Shown here piece by piece: positions 49,781-61,800 of a DNA stretch of 64,000 bases. The number at the start of each line of letters is the position of its first letter. Position 1 is the first letter of the stretch. The DNA lies in NCBI GenBank assembly GCA_020137815.1, contig CM035352.1, forward strand, positions 4,526,001-4,590,000. The letters are read 5' to 3'. Source of the stretch: Hormiphora californensis. Lineage: Eukaryota; Animalia; Ctenophora. The notes under the pieces are model-generated. The model was given only the letters and a program-made list of their open reading frames with translations. It did not search any database and was not told the origin of the DNA. The translations under genes were made by a program, and so were the position numbers.

Positions 49781-51687
49781 TTACTCTCTAAATCAACCAA
49801 CGAGGTGGCATATTTTATTATGACTGGAGAAGTGAATAGTATGGAAGGGTCTGTAGAACAACAGGGTAACTAGCACGGTAGTCATGGGATTGGATTTTGC
49901 TTCATCATGACTCCGGGTTGGGGATTGGGTGAAGACATGAAAAGGAATTTGTGTTCAGATCAACTATCTGCCGGACGTTGATGAAAACAGTGGTCGGGTA
50001 CCATTGGCATTATGTTGAGATTTGAGAAAAGGGAGAAAACAGGGGTACCATGATTATAAAACATGAAGGCTGAGTAGGGTGTAAACATCGCTGTAGACTG
50101 TAGCCTATTTCTGTAACCCAACACTCATTCCACTAAGCCTACAGAACCTATAATAATAATACGAACCCCGACCCCCAGTAGCACATGCATCTAGAGTAAG
50201 AGCCCCTTCCCCGCCCATAGCTTCGAATAACCACTTACTACAAAATCCCCCACTAGTCTACCTATACATAAAATTAGAACTAGCTCGCCGCTCAGCAGCT
50301 TACTGTGTAAGTTAGTAACTTAGTTACTGTGCATCAAAATGTAGCATCTTGTTACTATATTGAACATAGTATATACTATATATTGTCTCCAATAAGAATG
50401 TCAGAATGGGTCAGTGGGATCTCAGTAACCAGAAGAGCCAAACACACAACGATCTGTCCTATTATTCCCACCTATAGTTATGTCTCACTTATGTTTCCTC
50501 ATCTCACTGGTGTGGCCAGCTCTATTCTGATAGATGACCCTCTCTATTCTGATGACTGTAATAGAATTCCCACACCATTGTACCCACCTAAACGAATCTG
50601 GAGGACATCATGTATTCTCTCTTCCCTCTCATCTAGTCATGAGATCTATGTGTTCACCCTCCCTTTCTCTTCTAGTCACTAATCAAATGTGGACGGTTAT
50701 ACTCGTCCTAGTCATACGTCATACACTGGGGTGTTTTCGTTGTTATGACAATGAATGGTAGATCACAACTAGTAACAATGTAACTCACGACAATATTCGT
50801 GATCAGTTGTAACAATAACTCAGTACAACGTGATGCAGGTGTGTGTGTGTGTGTGTTCAGTACCTCCCGTCGTTCCACCCCATGCTGAGGTTATTGATGA
50901 CCCCTCAGCCGGCCCGTTACTGACCTCACTCCTTGCCAGATGACCCCCACACGCAGGGTCACTGTCGGTATGATTCCACTTAGATTCCACTGGTTTCCCA
51001 GCAGTCTCTTTATGGTACCGCAAAAGGAGCATGCGAGTCTGTGTCGGATTTGGCACGGAGAAATCTTTCCCCGCAGACATGTGATGGGACTTACCGTCCA
51101 ATTGGTTGGTCTTTGGTTACCACTGTCACGACAACTGTGGAAGTAGGTGATTTGCCGGATATCATTGATTACCTATCAAGGGATTAAATGCTTATCTTTA
51201 CACCAAGGGTCTTGCAGTCTAAGCTAGCTAGTAATGTATTCACAAGTACGACCCAAGGGTCCGGTCAGGCGATGTTGCCATCGCCGGGTGGCCAGGTTAT
51301 AGATTAGTTGCTGTAAAACAACGTCTATGGTTGTCCCTGAGTGCATTTGACCAGTATCAGTTCACTCAAGGCTTCGCGTAATTAATGCGAGGGGTCTCAG
51401 TGTAAGCGTGTCTGCTATTTGAATAAGGGTACCATTGTTTAAGTGTCCCAAACTGTAATGGGCTTTTCCCTGACTACTAAAGGGTCTTTCAGATTTGTAG
51501 GTTTGTCACTTGCCTTGTTTTGGGGTGTGCGTGTCTGAGGCTCGGTGATTTGTTGTAGGTGTGGAGATCACGCATGTGCGGAGCTTGGGATTAGGGGGGG
51601 GGGGGGTAGGGTGTGTCTGAGGAGTCTAGAACTTGGGCTTGGAACTGTGCGCACAGTTTGTTCGGCCTGGGTCGGACTTTGTTCACC

Positions 51688-52299
51688 ATGGCGTTTTCGC
51701 GCGTTACGTTTGAAGTAGTGGTAGGGTAAGTTATTTTGTGTCTAGATCTGTTTTTTGGAACAAATAGGGTGTGGGGGTTAAATAGGCAGAGGTTTTTAGG
51801 TGCAAATTTGGGCAGGGGTTCCCCAGGGGCGACCAGCCCCTACTTGGTTATTACTGGGTTTATCTCTGCCCTGTCATAAAGACAGCCATGGGCAAGAGAG
51901 CTGTTTTGCAGGCGACAGCAGCCGGGTCGACGGGCAGAGCCCTCAGGGGTTGCTGTATATAGCGGGGTTGACGTGAGTCAGAATCCAGAAGTTGTCTGGA
52001 CGTCCGTAGTCATTTAGCCGTCACTCTCTCAGAACTCTCTCTAACTCGCTCACCCACTCTCTCTCTCCCTTAACAGAATGACGTTACCAGGATGGACCAC
52101 GCGGAGGTGGACTGAATCGGACTTGTTATGTGAGAGGTGGAAGTTACCAGCAACGACACAAGCAGAAGCCCCCACGGCGCGGAAAACACCGCAAGAGCCT
52201 CCACTACACACATCCCATAACCATTACCATCCCTACGTGATGCAGGTATTAGCCTACTTTGAGAACAGATGGGCTTTGAAAAGAAACCACTTTCACTAA
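51688..52299 (+). CDS. Putative two-exon small ORFan (86 aa). Exons 51688-51725, 52077-52299
   Basis: Kozak caccATGG, donor GG|GTAAGT, branch-like ctaac plus pyrimidine tract plus aacag acceptor. In-frame join gives MAFSRVTFEVVVG-MTLPGWTTRRW...HYHPY...HFH*. Confidence 0.45.
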
Positions 52300-53061
52300 T
52301 GAAATAAGACTAACGGTTAAGTAAAACGGTAATGAAAGCCAATCGCAGGCTTTACTGCAGACACTGAGCAGCTGAGCTTGAGTCTTTTAATCAAGGTTAG
52401 TGCTTTTGTATTGTTGCTAAGGTATCCGTATATAGTATGTCTGCTCTATTCTCCAAGTACAAAATAACCAACGTCGGCACGATCAGAAACAGAAAAAGAA
52501 CTGAACAATACCTATAACTAAATAAAATCCAAATAATACTATTTTGATGTTCAAAGAGCCCTAAAATCATCTCAGGACATGCTACACAATTTTACCCACA
52601 TCTGGTGCACCACAAGGTCATTGATTATGACAGCCCCATGGGCTCTCAGATCATGCAACTGTCAGGAGAAAAATAAATTAAATCTGGGAGGTAAAAATAA
52701 TAGATTCCTGTCATGATCATGGAGTCTCACTCTCAGTCATTACATTTTAGAAGAAGAGAAAACAGCTCGGATCGAGGTTGCTATATATATGGCAATGCTT
52801 CTTCAGCAGAAGGACCCCTAAATAAAGTCATTAATCAAGCGATGCAATATGTGTCGACATTACAAAGATGAAAAGAACGGAGAGTGCACGTTACCAGAAA
52901 CACGATCATAGCAGAGCAATGACATGCATTTATGCCCGGATATTTGAGTTAGTGCACAGTAGATTTGGGAGTATCAAGTTAGGAAATAATGGGCAAAATA
53001 TAAGTAAAACAATAAATATCAGAATATTCTATTCAATGAAAACGAGAGAGAGAATCAGAAA

Positions 53062-53094
<33 letters not shown>

Positions 53095-53120
53095 GAGAGA
53101 GAGATAGAGAGAGAGATAGA

Positions 53121-53198
<78 letters not shown>

Positions 53199-55025
53199 GA
53201 AAGATAGATATGAGAGAGAGAGGGACGGGAGACTGGGAGAGATCAGGGACATTATCTCCTCGAAAAGACAAAGGTGCAAAGAGTTATGATGAGACTTAGG
53301 AGAGAGAATGACTAAGAATGAATAAAGAGAGAGAACCATACTAAAGAAGGGAACACGAGAGAGAGAAAGAATGACCTGTGAGAGAGTCCATCGCTCACTA
53401 ATGATAGCCCTTGGGTCGAATTTCATGTCTCAAATATATCGCGCCCTGGGAACCAAATTCACTCAGCAAACTGCAATGTCATAACTCATAACTGATCATA
53501 GCATAGGTTACCTATGCTATTAGGTATGCATAGGTAATAACATGAATTATGAATACCACAAGACAGTTGAGACACCTGATCTCAATTTTGGTCTATCTGC
53601 ACTTATCACGTGTCTCAATTGCAGTGATTACACCAGCCTCATGGGTCAATCGACCCATGGTGGGTTGAGATCCTTGACCTAGAATTATGACCTCTGACAT
53701 CACAATATTACAGTTTACTGTACGAGTACCTGTAGTTGTAATACTGCAATACTGTGTGGGCTCGTGGGAAGAACAAATTGGAGCTCTTGTTAGTGTTACT
53801 GTCAGGGTATAATAGATAGAAAAGACACTATGACAGTACACTAGTGGTATACTAATCGTACTGGTAATATAACTACACTCTCGGGCAAATGTCAGTGTTT
53901 TCATTTGCCTTCCTCGGGTTTGAATTAGAACAAAAACTAGTTTTCCGAAAACTGTACAGTGCCTGTGCAGTGTCACGAAAACTTTTCATGACACTGCACT
54001 GCAGTACTGGCAGCTAGCTGAAGCAACGTTAAAAAAGTAGAGTGGAGACTGGAGAGTTGAGCTATATTTGTTGAGTAAGGGCGAGAAAATAAATTAAATT
54101 GCACTGAAAATTACACCATTTAAAACTCCAACGCAAGCCCATTTTAATTTTTGAAAATTTTCAACCGGTCCGAAACTTTTTGAACCCCTCCCCAGGCTTG
54201 AAAACAGCAGTTTCACTTACGAGTTAATTATCTGATCTGATCTGAGTTAAACCACTGCTCTCCATGATAGCACAGTAGTTGCAAAATACTCAAATTGAGA
54301 GATCTAGATCTTGATACAACATTCTCGAATTGTACCTGCGATGGAAAAAAGCAGTGCAATTTGGGGCGGGCCTCTGTCCAGGACACTGTCCTACACAGCT
54401 AAGGGCGGGTTAAGATTAAAGGAGGGAGTGTATGCACTGTATGGTTCATAATCCCTTCATAATTCATTACCCCATCTGGCAACCCTATACTTACACGAAG
54501 CAGGGGATTGTATTGAAGCAATGAGAGGTATTATTATAGTTACCATGCTTACCAGAGTCCAATATAAAAACTTTCCAAACTCCGTGGGTATCTCAACTCC
54601 TAGATTCCGTCAATTAAACGGTCCGACTCGTCCATGTTAGGAGGAAACTGATAATAAGTGAAACATTTAAAAATCTTTGAATCACTGCGGGAGTTCTGAA
54701 TCTGAAAATAGAAAAATATACCTAGTTATTATTAGCCTCTCCGTGGGCCAGGGCTCTGTGTGATAGAATAAGAAATCATTGATCAAAACTGGTTATAGGT
54801 ACTCGGGAAATATAAAGAAAACGCAAAACTTTACAGATGGCCAGAAATGGCTGAAAATAATTAGATGGATGACTATAATTTATAGATTTCCCGGTTTTTA
54901 TAAACATCGCATATTTTACACTTCTGTACACTTTTTGCAGTACAATCAAAGTACAATCAAGGTGAGTCTATAATTAATATCCACATGAGGCGCTCTCTCT
55001 AGATCACTTGGTACGTGTTTGTGGT

Positions 55026-55178
55026 CTCTAGACCAGGGGCTGTGACATCCTATCAGCTCTAGACCAGGGGCTGTGACATCCTATCAGCTCTAGACCAGGG
55101 GCTGTGAGATCCTCTCAGCTCTAGACCAGGGGCTGTGACATCCTCTCAGCTCTAGACCAGGGGCTGTGAGATCCTGTC
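55026..55178. repeat. 31-bp tandem repeat overlapping the SPEF2 stop codon
   Basis: ctctagaccaggggctgtgacatcctatcag, about 5 copies. Confidence 0.9.
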
Positions 55179-58100
55179 AGCAAACTTCCCATCTTGTGCA
55201 GCAGCATCAAGAATAAGTGTTGCGTAATCCTGGAAAATGAGATCGTGTTAGATGAAATCAGGAGATAGGTACGTGTCGACACCGGCCGGGGACAGGTAAA
55301 CATGAAACAGTATGATGTTGGACACTTTTATACTTGGGGGGGGGGGGGGGTCCAGCCCTAAAAAAAGCTAAGCTAACGGCCAAAATCAGGGTACCTTTAG
55401 CTTTTTTTAGCTTTTTTTAGCTTTTTTTAGCTTTATTTAGCTTTTTTTAGCTTTTTTAAGGCTAAAAAAAGCTAAAAAAAGCTAAAATTGATTTTTTAGT
55501 GGATTCATATAGGTTCGAATCCCGCTGACGCCAAATTTTTTAAACTTTTATTATAACGTTTTATAACGTTTTTTGAACTTTTTTAAAACTATTTTTATCA
55601 AATTTGAATAATATTTTTATCGAAAAAATGTCTCCAGAAAATGGCAGTAGGGGTGGATACAGAAATTGCTATGTATGGACATAAACGGTAGATTATGGTA
55701 AAAAATGTGCAGGAAATGAACAAATGCAGTCAATAGACGTCCGGAAGGATGAAAATTTAATGGAAAAGTGTCAAGATGAATGCTGAAAAAACATAAAAAG
55801 TAGGGCTAAAAAAAGCTAAAAAAAGCTAAAAAAAGCTAAAAAAAGCAAAAATAAAAAACGCTATCGACCAAAATCAGGGTACCTTTAGCTTTTTTTAGGG
55901 CTGGACCCCCCCCCATACTTATAGTTAAGTTATAAACTGAAAAAGATTGTTACTTTAACTATAGAGAGAGAGGCCTATATAACTCACCACAAGTTGGTAA
56001 GAGGATGACCGGAGAAGTATTTCCCTACCCTTGGGGTGTACTAGAATACTGCTGATATCAACTACACCACTATCCTGGTCCATGACTTCCTTGAAAATAC
56101 CCGCCAATTGCTCCTGGAGATAGGAGGGAGTTGTTATGTTCTAACCCGCCTTTACATGTGTCTCGCCGTGCGGGGCGCGGTGAAACAGGATCGAGCAAGG
56201 CAAGGAGGGAGATTATGATAAGTAGGAGAGGGTTTTTGGCGATGTTAGTTTGAACTGATTATACCTTAGTATTCTTGAGACTTTCAGTTTCCATTTTATT
56301 AAAACTAATGACCCGTTCCAGCTGCTCCAAAGTGACTGGGATGGATTTGGTTGGCATGGAAGCCTCAGCTCCAGCCCCACTCTCCGCTCCCGATGGACTC
56401 TCAACGTACTGGGGCCACTCAACCTCTTGTCCAGTCACCACCGCCAGTGCTTTCAACACACCTATAAAGGGGAAGAGCAGTTAGAGCAGTTGGTTGGTTG
56501 GATACCACTGCCAGAGTTAATAACTAACCAAGGGGGCTGGGGTTGAGTACTGAGCGTGTGGTGCTGAGCGTGTGGTGCTGAGCGTGTGGTGCTGACTGCT
56601 GAGAGAGGGGGACTTACCCATAGTGAGATCAGGGTCAGATGAGAACAAGAGAAGGACGTCTGTGTACTCAATAGTGTACTGACTGTCACAGAACAGTGCG
56701 AATATGGTTGTTTTGAGCTGTGACAGGCGATCAAATGTATCCTGACTTTGATCTCCAATAAACCATAGGTCACCCTGAAACAAAGACGGTTATAAATTAT
56801 AACGGTCTGGATTTGTTCGATCTATGATTGGGGTAACAGGAGTATTGTTAACTATGTTCACTGTCCCAGATACATTATCCTAGTCTTTTTCTTTTTCAAC
56901 TTGTCACCTGTTATACCCTTCTGCGTGTGCCAACATACATACCTGAGCATAAGAAGAAAGATCTAATCTCCCATTTCCCTCCTTGTCCAAATGCTGATAC
57001 TGACTCATAGTTGCTATCAGTTGTTTCTGGGATGGCAGGGGCATGGGCAGAAGGCAAGATAGGAGCACTGAACTCCAGTTGATGTACTTTGTTTCACTGA
57101 GATGCTGCGAGAAGATCTCCTCCAACTGAGAGGGGTGGGGGGGGGGGGGGTGGTAAATAATGGGATGCATATTGCATAACATTAACATGGTACATAACAT
57201 GGCACATAACATTAACATGGTACATCAGAGAGTGGCTGATTGAAGTCAATCATAGCACTGGCAAGTGCCCCGGGCCCAAAAGGGGGGTGTGGGGGCACAG
57301 CCCCCACCATAAACGGGGGTGTGGGGGCAGAGCCCCCACCTTAGAAATACCCTCTAACTCAAAAAACAAAAGAGAGAGCACACGCAACACTTCTACACAC
57401 AAGCGCGTGAAAACCTGCCAGTGCTACTATATACCATTGCAGATTTCGGGGTTTTTGATGCTTTAAAAAAGCATGTTCCAGATGAAGTAGAGAGCTGAAA
57501 TTTTGTACTCTGAGTGCCCTCATATAGGAGAAGAGGCATGCAAATTTTCAGAACGATCGGATGTAAGGTAAAAATTTGCCAGAGGGGTCCCAAAATGCAA
57601 AAATGTAAAGGAGGGGAGGGGGAGGACGCTTTTTTATCTTTGAGTGTTCTCCTAAACCACAAATAGTAGAGACTTGCCGTTTGGAACAGTGGTTCCTTAC
57701 ATCATTGCGCTCGGTAATAGCTGTGTGAGAACTTCGAAATCGCCATAGTTCATTAATTATTCATTAATTAGTCATTAAATATTCATTTTAACCATGGTTG
57801 CGATATGACACGACTCGAAGGTCATAAAGACTTGAAACCGGTCTTAGACGACGCGGAACGGTCGATTTATGGGGGGTCTTACTCGGGACAAAAATCTCTA
57901 TCTCGCACCGTTAAGCCGTTATTTGCATATTTATGCACCTACTCACGATTTTATGCATATTTTCAATATTTTCACTTCAGCTGGTCCTAGAACGTTTTCA
58001 TGGACATATTTCGACGTAAAATAGTCGATTTATGGGGGGTCGTCCCCCGGACAAAAAGTCGTATCTCGCACCGTTTAGCCGTTATTTGCATATTTATGCA

Positions 58101-58711
58101 CCGATTCATGATTTTATGCATATTCTAAATATTTCCAGTTCGGCTGGTCTTAGAACGTTTTCATGGACATATTTCGACGCAAAATAATCGATTTATGGGG
58201 GTCTTACTCGGGACAAAAATCTCTATCTCGCACCGTTAAGCCGTTAGTTGCATATTTATGCACCGATTCATGATTTAATGCATTATATTCTTAATATTTC
58301 CACTTCGGCTGGTCCTAGAACGTTTTCATGGACATATTCCGGCGCAAAATAGTCGATTTATGGGGGGTCGTCCCCCCAACAAAAAGTCGTATCTCTCACC
58401 GTTTATTCGTTATTCGTATATTTATGAATTATTCAAATTCGAAAATATGCAGAAACCAGAAAAAAATAGCTTTTTCTATTTTACACCAAAAAGAACAGAA
58501 ATTAAGTCCAAAAACCAATTAAATAAATTAGTTTGGATGCCCGGGCCCATGTGGTGTCACGGGGGTAACACCTTTAGGCTACTGTCATAAATGATGGATA
58601 TCGGGAGAGATAAAGACAAAGGAAATTAGGATAGAAAGAGTGCGATATAATCAAGAAAGACGAAGAGATAAATAAGAGGAGAGAGAAAAAAAGAGAGGTA
58701 TAGTGAAAGAA

Positions 58712-58802
<91 letters not shown>

Positions 58803-61800
58803 GTGTGCGAGAGAGAGACTGAGAGAGGTAGATAGAGATAGACAGATTGAAGGATAACAATTAACAATTAACGAGATATGCCGTTAATTATGGCAGTAGC
58901 CTAAAGGTGTTACCCCCGTGACACCACATGGGCCCGGGCATCCAAACTAATTTATTTAATTGGTTTTTGGACTTAATTATATATATATATTGTACCAGAA
59001 CCTATAAAACCCGAGAAGGGTTAATTGACTGTGGTTTAATTGATTAATTAATTGATTAATTAATTGATTAATTAATTGATTAATTAATTGATTAATTAAC
59101 TGATTAATTAATTAACTGTAGTTTAAACGAACCTGCTGTGACGTCACATTAAACCAGATCTCAGGAATAAACGCAGGTGCTTCGAACATCTCAACTAGCA
59201 CTTCTAGAGAAATAAAGCCAGAGGGGGCCACTGAGTTGAGGTTTCGGTGCAGCTCCTGGATCTGTGTGAGAGAGGAGGGGTGTGAGTTAGTGTAGTACGT
59301 GATTCATGGTTCAGAACTCCTATTGTATGAGCCAAATTTAATGGGAAATTGCCAAATTGAGAAAGGGAAAGGGAGGGAGTACTATGTACTTAGTACCATT
59401 AGATAGATAGTAAAACAGCGGCTAATGGAATTCTAGCGAATAAGTTGCAACTGAGTTCTATCCCCTAACTTTATTCAATCTCCTGACAAAGTAATAATCT
59501 CAATTCTAATAAAGAAAAGATTTAATTTATAGCTTGTTTAACAATAACATGAATCCAATACAGTCGGACCCCGATTTACCGGGCCCCGATTTACCGGAAC
59601 CCCGATTTACCGGGAGGATAAACTTCCCCCGATATAAGAAATTGACGATATTTTGCCCCGATATACCGGGCACCCCGATTTACCGGGCAAAACCCTTTCC
59701 CCCGAGCATCCCGGTAAATCGGGGTCCGACTGTAGTTTGGCACAAAATCATCTCCCACATCTTGTTGTTCTTTAAAATCAGGGAGTACCCTGTGATCCGC
59801 TCCCTCCCCAAAAACACTCTTCAACAAAGCCCGAAATCCCTTCAGTGTGTGGAGACAACACGGAATATCATTTAGTTTCAGAGTTGGTACCATCTCACCA
59901 TCTCTATCCTGTAGAAACACATCTGCATCACCCTCCAACTCCGTTCCAGAGACATCAATATCCGATTTGAACACCAATCCTACCAGTTTTCCATCCTTCT
60001 CAACCAGATCATTTCTGATGTTGTAGACTCGCGGGCAGTTGTAATAAATGCTGGCATGGGATGTCGGGGGCAGTGTCTTGTGAGCGATTAGGTAATCAAA
60101 GTTGCGGTGATCAATAATCAACACACCTCCAGGTTTGAGAAGGTCTCTAAAGTTTGTCAGAGCCCTAATATGGGTCTTCCCCTCCCCCTCAAAGTCAGGT
60201 AAAGTTGTAAACGAGTTGCCGATACAGATGATTGCATCATACCCTCCCTCCGGGTGATCCACTTTCGCTCCCTCCACTAAATCCACCCAATCTCCCCACC
60301 CAACTTGCCACTTTGCAAACCTCTCATCACCACTCCTCCCCTCCTTCTCCCTGACAGCCCTGGCTACAAAGTTCTCCTCGACATCAGAACTTGTGACGTC
60401 ATACCCCTCCTCCACCAGCATAACGCTATCAATCCCAGAGGCACACGCCACGTCGTACACAGTCTTTACATTTGAACCCTCCAAAATGGAGAGCAGTGTG
60501 GATTTGTAGTGTGATAACCGGACATCCACATCACCCATGTAGAGATGCCATATCCGGGCTTCCCGTCCATCGGCGTAGGGACGATCCTCTTGTCTTTCAA
60601 AGTTAGACATGTTCCGATCGAGGGAGTAGAGACCCGAGTTTAGTGTTTAGTGGCGATTCCAAAAAAGAGCATAGAGAAGTGAAATACGGAAGTAAACTCT
60701 AGTAGAAATATATATATTGTGTAAACATGGTCCTGGGTACGGTAGGTATTATTATAGCAGACACAAAATACACCCTCCTAAATATCCTCCCCTATCCCCC
60801 ATATGTGGTGGCTCGTGAACCGGAAGCTCACATTAATCTGTGTATTTCAGTCTCCCAATGACATGAGTGCAGTAGTGCAGTATTATAATTGTGGTTGTTA
60901 TGATTCATGTTCAACACTGGATTATATTCGGCAAATTGATATATTGTTAAACAGCTACCTGAGCGATGGAAAAGATAGTGGGAGATGGCATCTCTATCGG
61001 TGGATCTGGAAGTGGAGTAGCGGGTGGTTCGAACATCTTGTACCCCATGTTAACAGAAAACTGTTCATCAACCAACTGGATCTGCTGAATTAGTGGCTTC
61101 TCACTTTCAATAACATCCCGTAACATCTCACACATTATCTTGATGCTGAAAGAATATAATTGTCAGTGATTATTGCAGTGTTTGTATTTCGTTCTTTCGA
61201 TTCGGGATTCCCCGATGGTTTGGGGCTACTTTGGTTTGTTGTGCTTCATTTTACTTGTCCATCACTTGTGTGGCCATCACACAAATCAGCGATGGGGTTT
61301 GGGGAAGTTGGGGTTCATTAGGGGGATAATAAATTAGGAGTGTTGAGGACTCTTCCCGCTCATTACCTTTCCATCTCCTGTTTGAACCTATCTCCGATCC
61401 ATTCTTGTTGAAGTTTGTACATTGCAGCAGCTTGTTCCTTCAAATCTTTGATAACATTGATCGCTCTCAACTGTAATGATGTCGAATCAGGGAGTCATAA
61501 TCATGTAATCGTAGTGTATGGTGTAACAAGATTAAAATCTCAAACTCGAACATTTCTAGCCATGTCATCCAAAATGACTGATTCTACGCAAAGAAGAAAT
61601 AATACCTTGATGGTGGCTAGTTTCAGATTGAACGCCTTATCCTCACAGAGTAGGGCTGCAACAGATTCCATGGCGGCCCTCTCCAACATCTTTTGTCTGG
61701 CAATCTCCTCTGGAGTGGGCTCTGGTACTGGGGTTCCAGCAGTGGGAGTGACAGCGGGGGAAGCACTTTTCTTGCCTTTTCCCTTTCCCTTTCCTCCCTT

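Noticed and set aside
55505-55540. tRNA gene
   Set aside because: Only a T-arm and 3' end motif; no D-arm, anticodon arm or matching 5' acceptor stem upstream.
59591-59732. GNMT C-terminal extension YSRTPIYRDARGK... as a novel domain
   Set aside because: It is translated MITE sequence; similar peptides recur at other MITE copies (53..286, 59534..59875).
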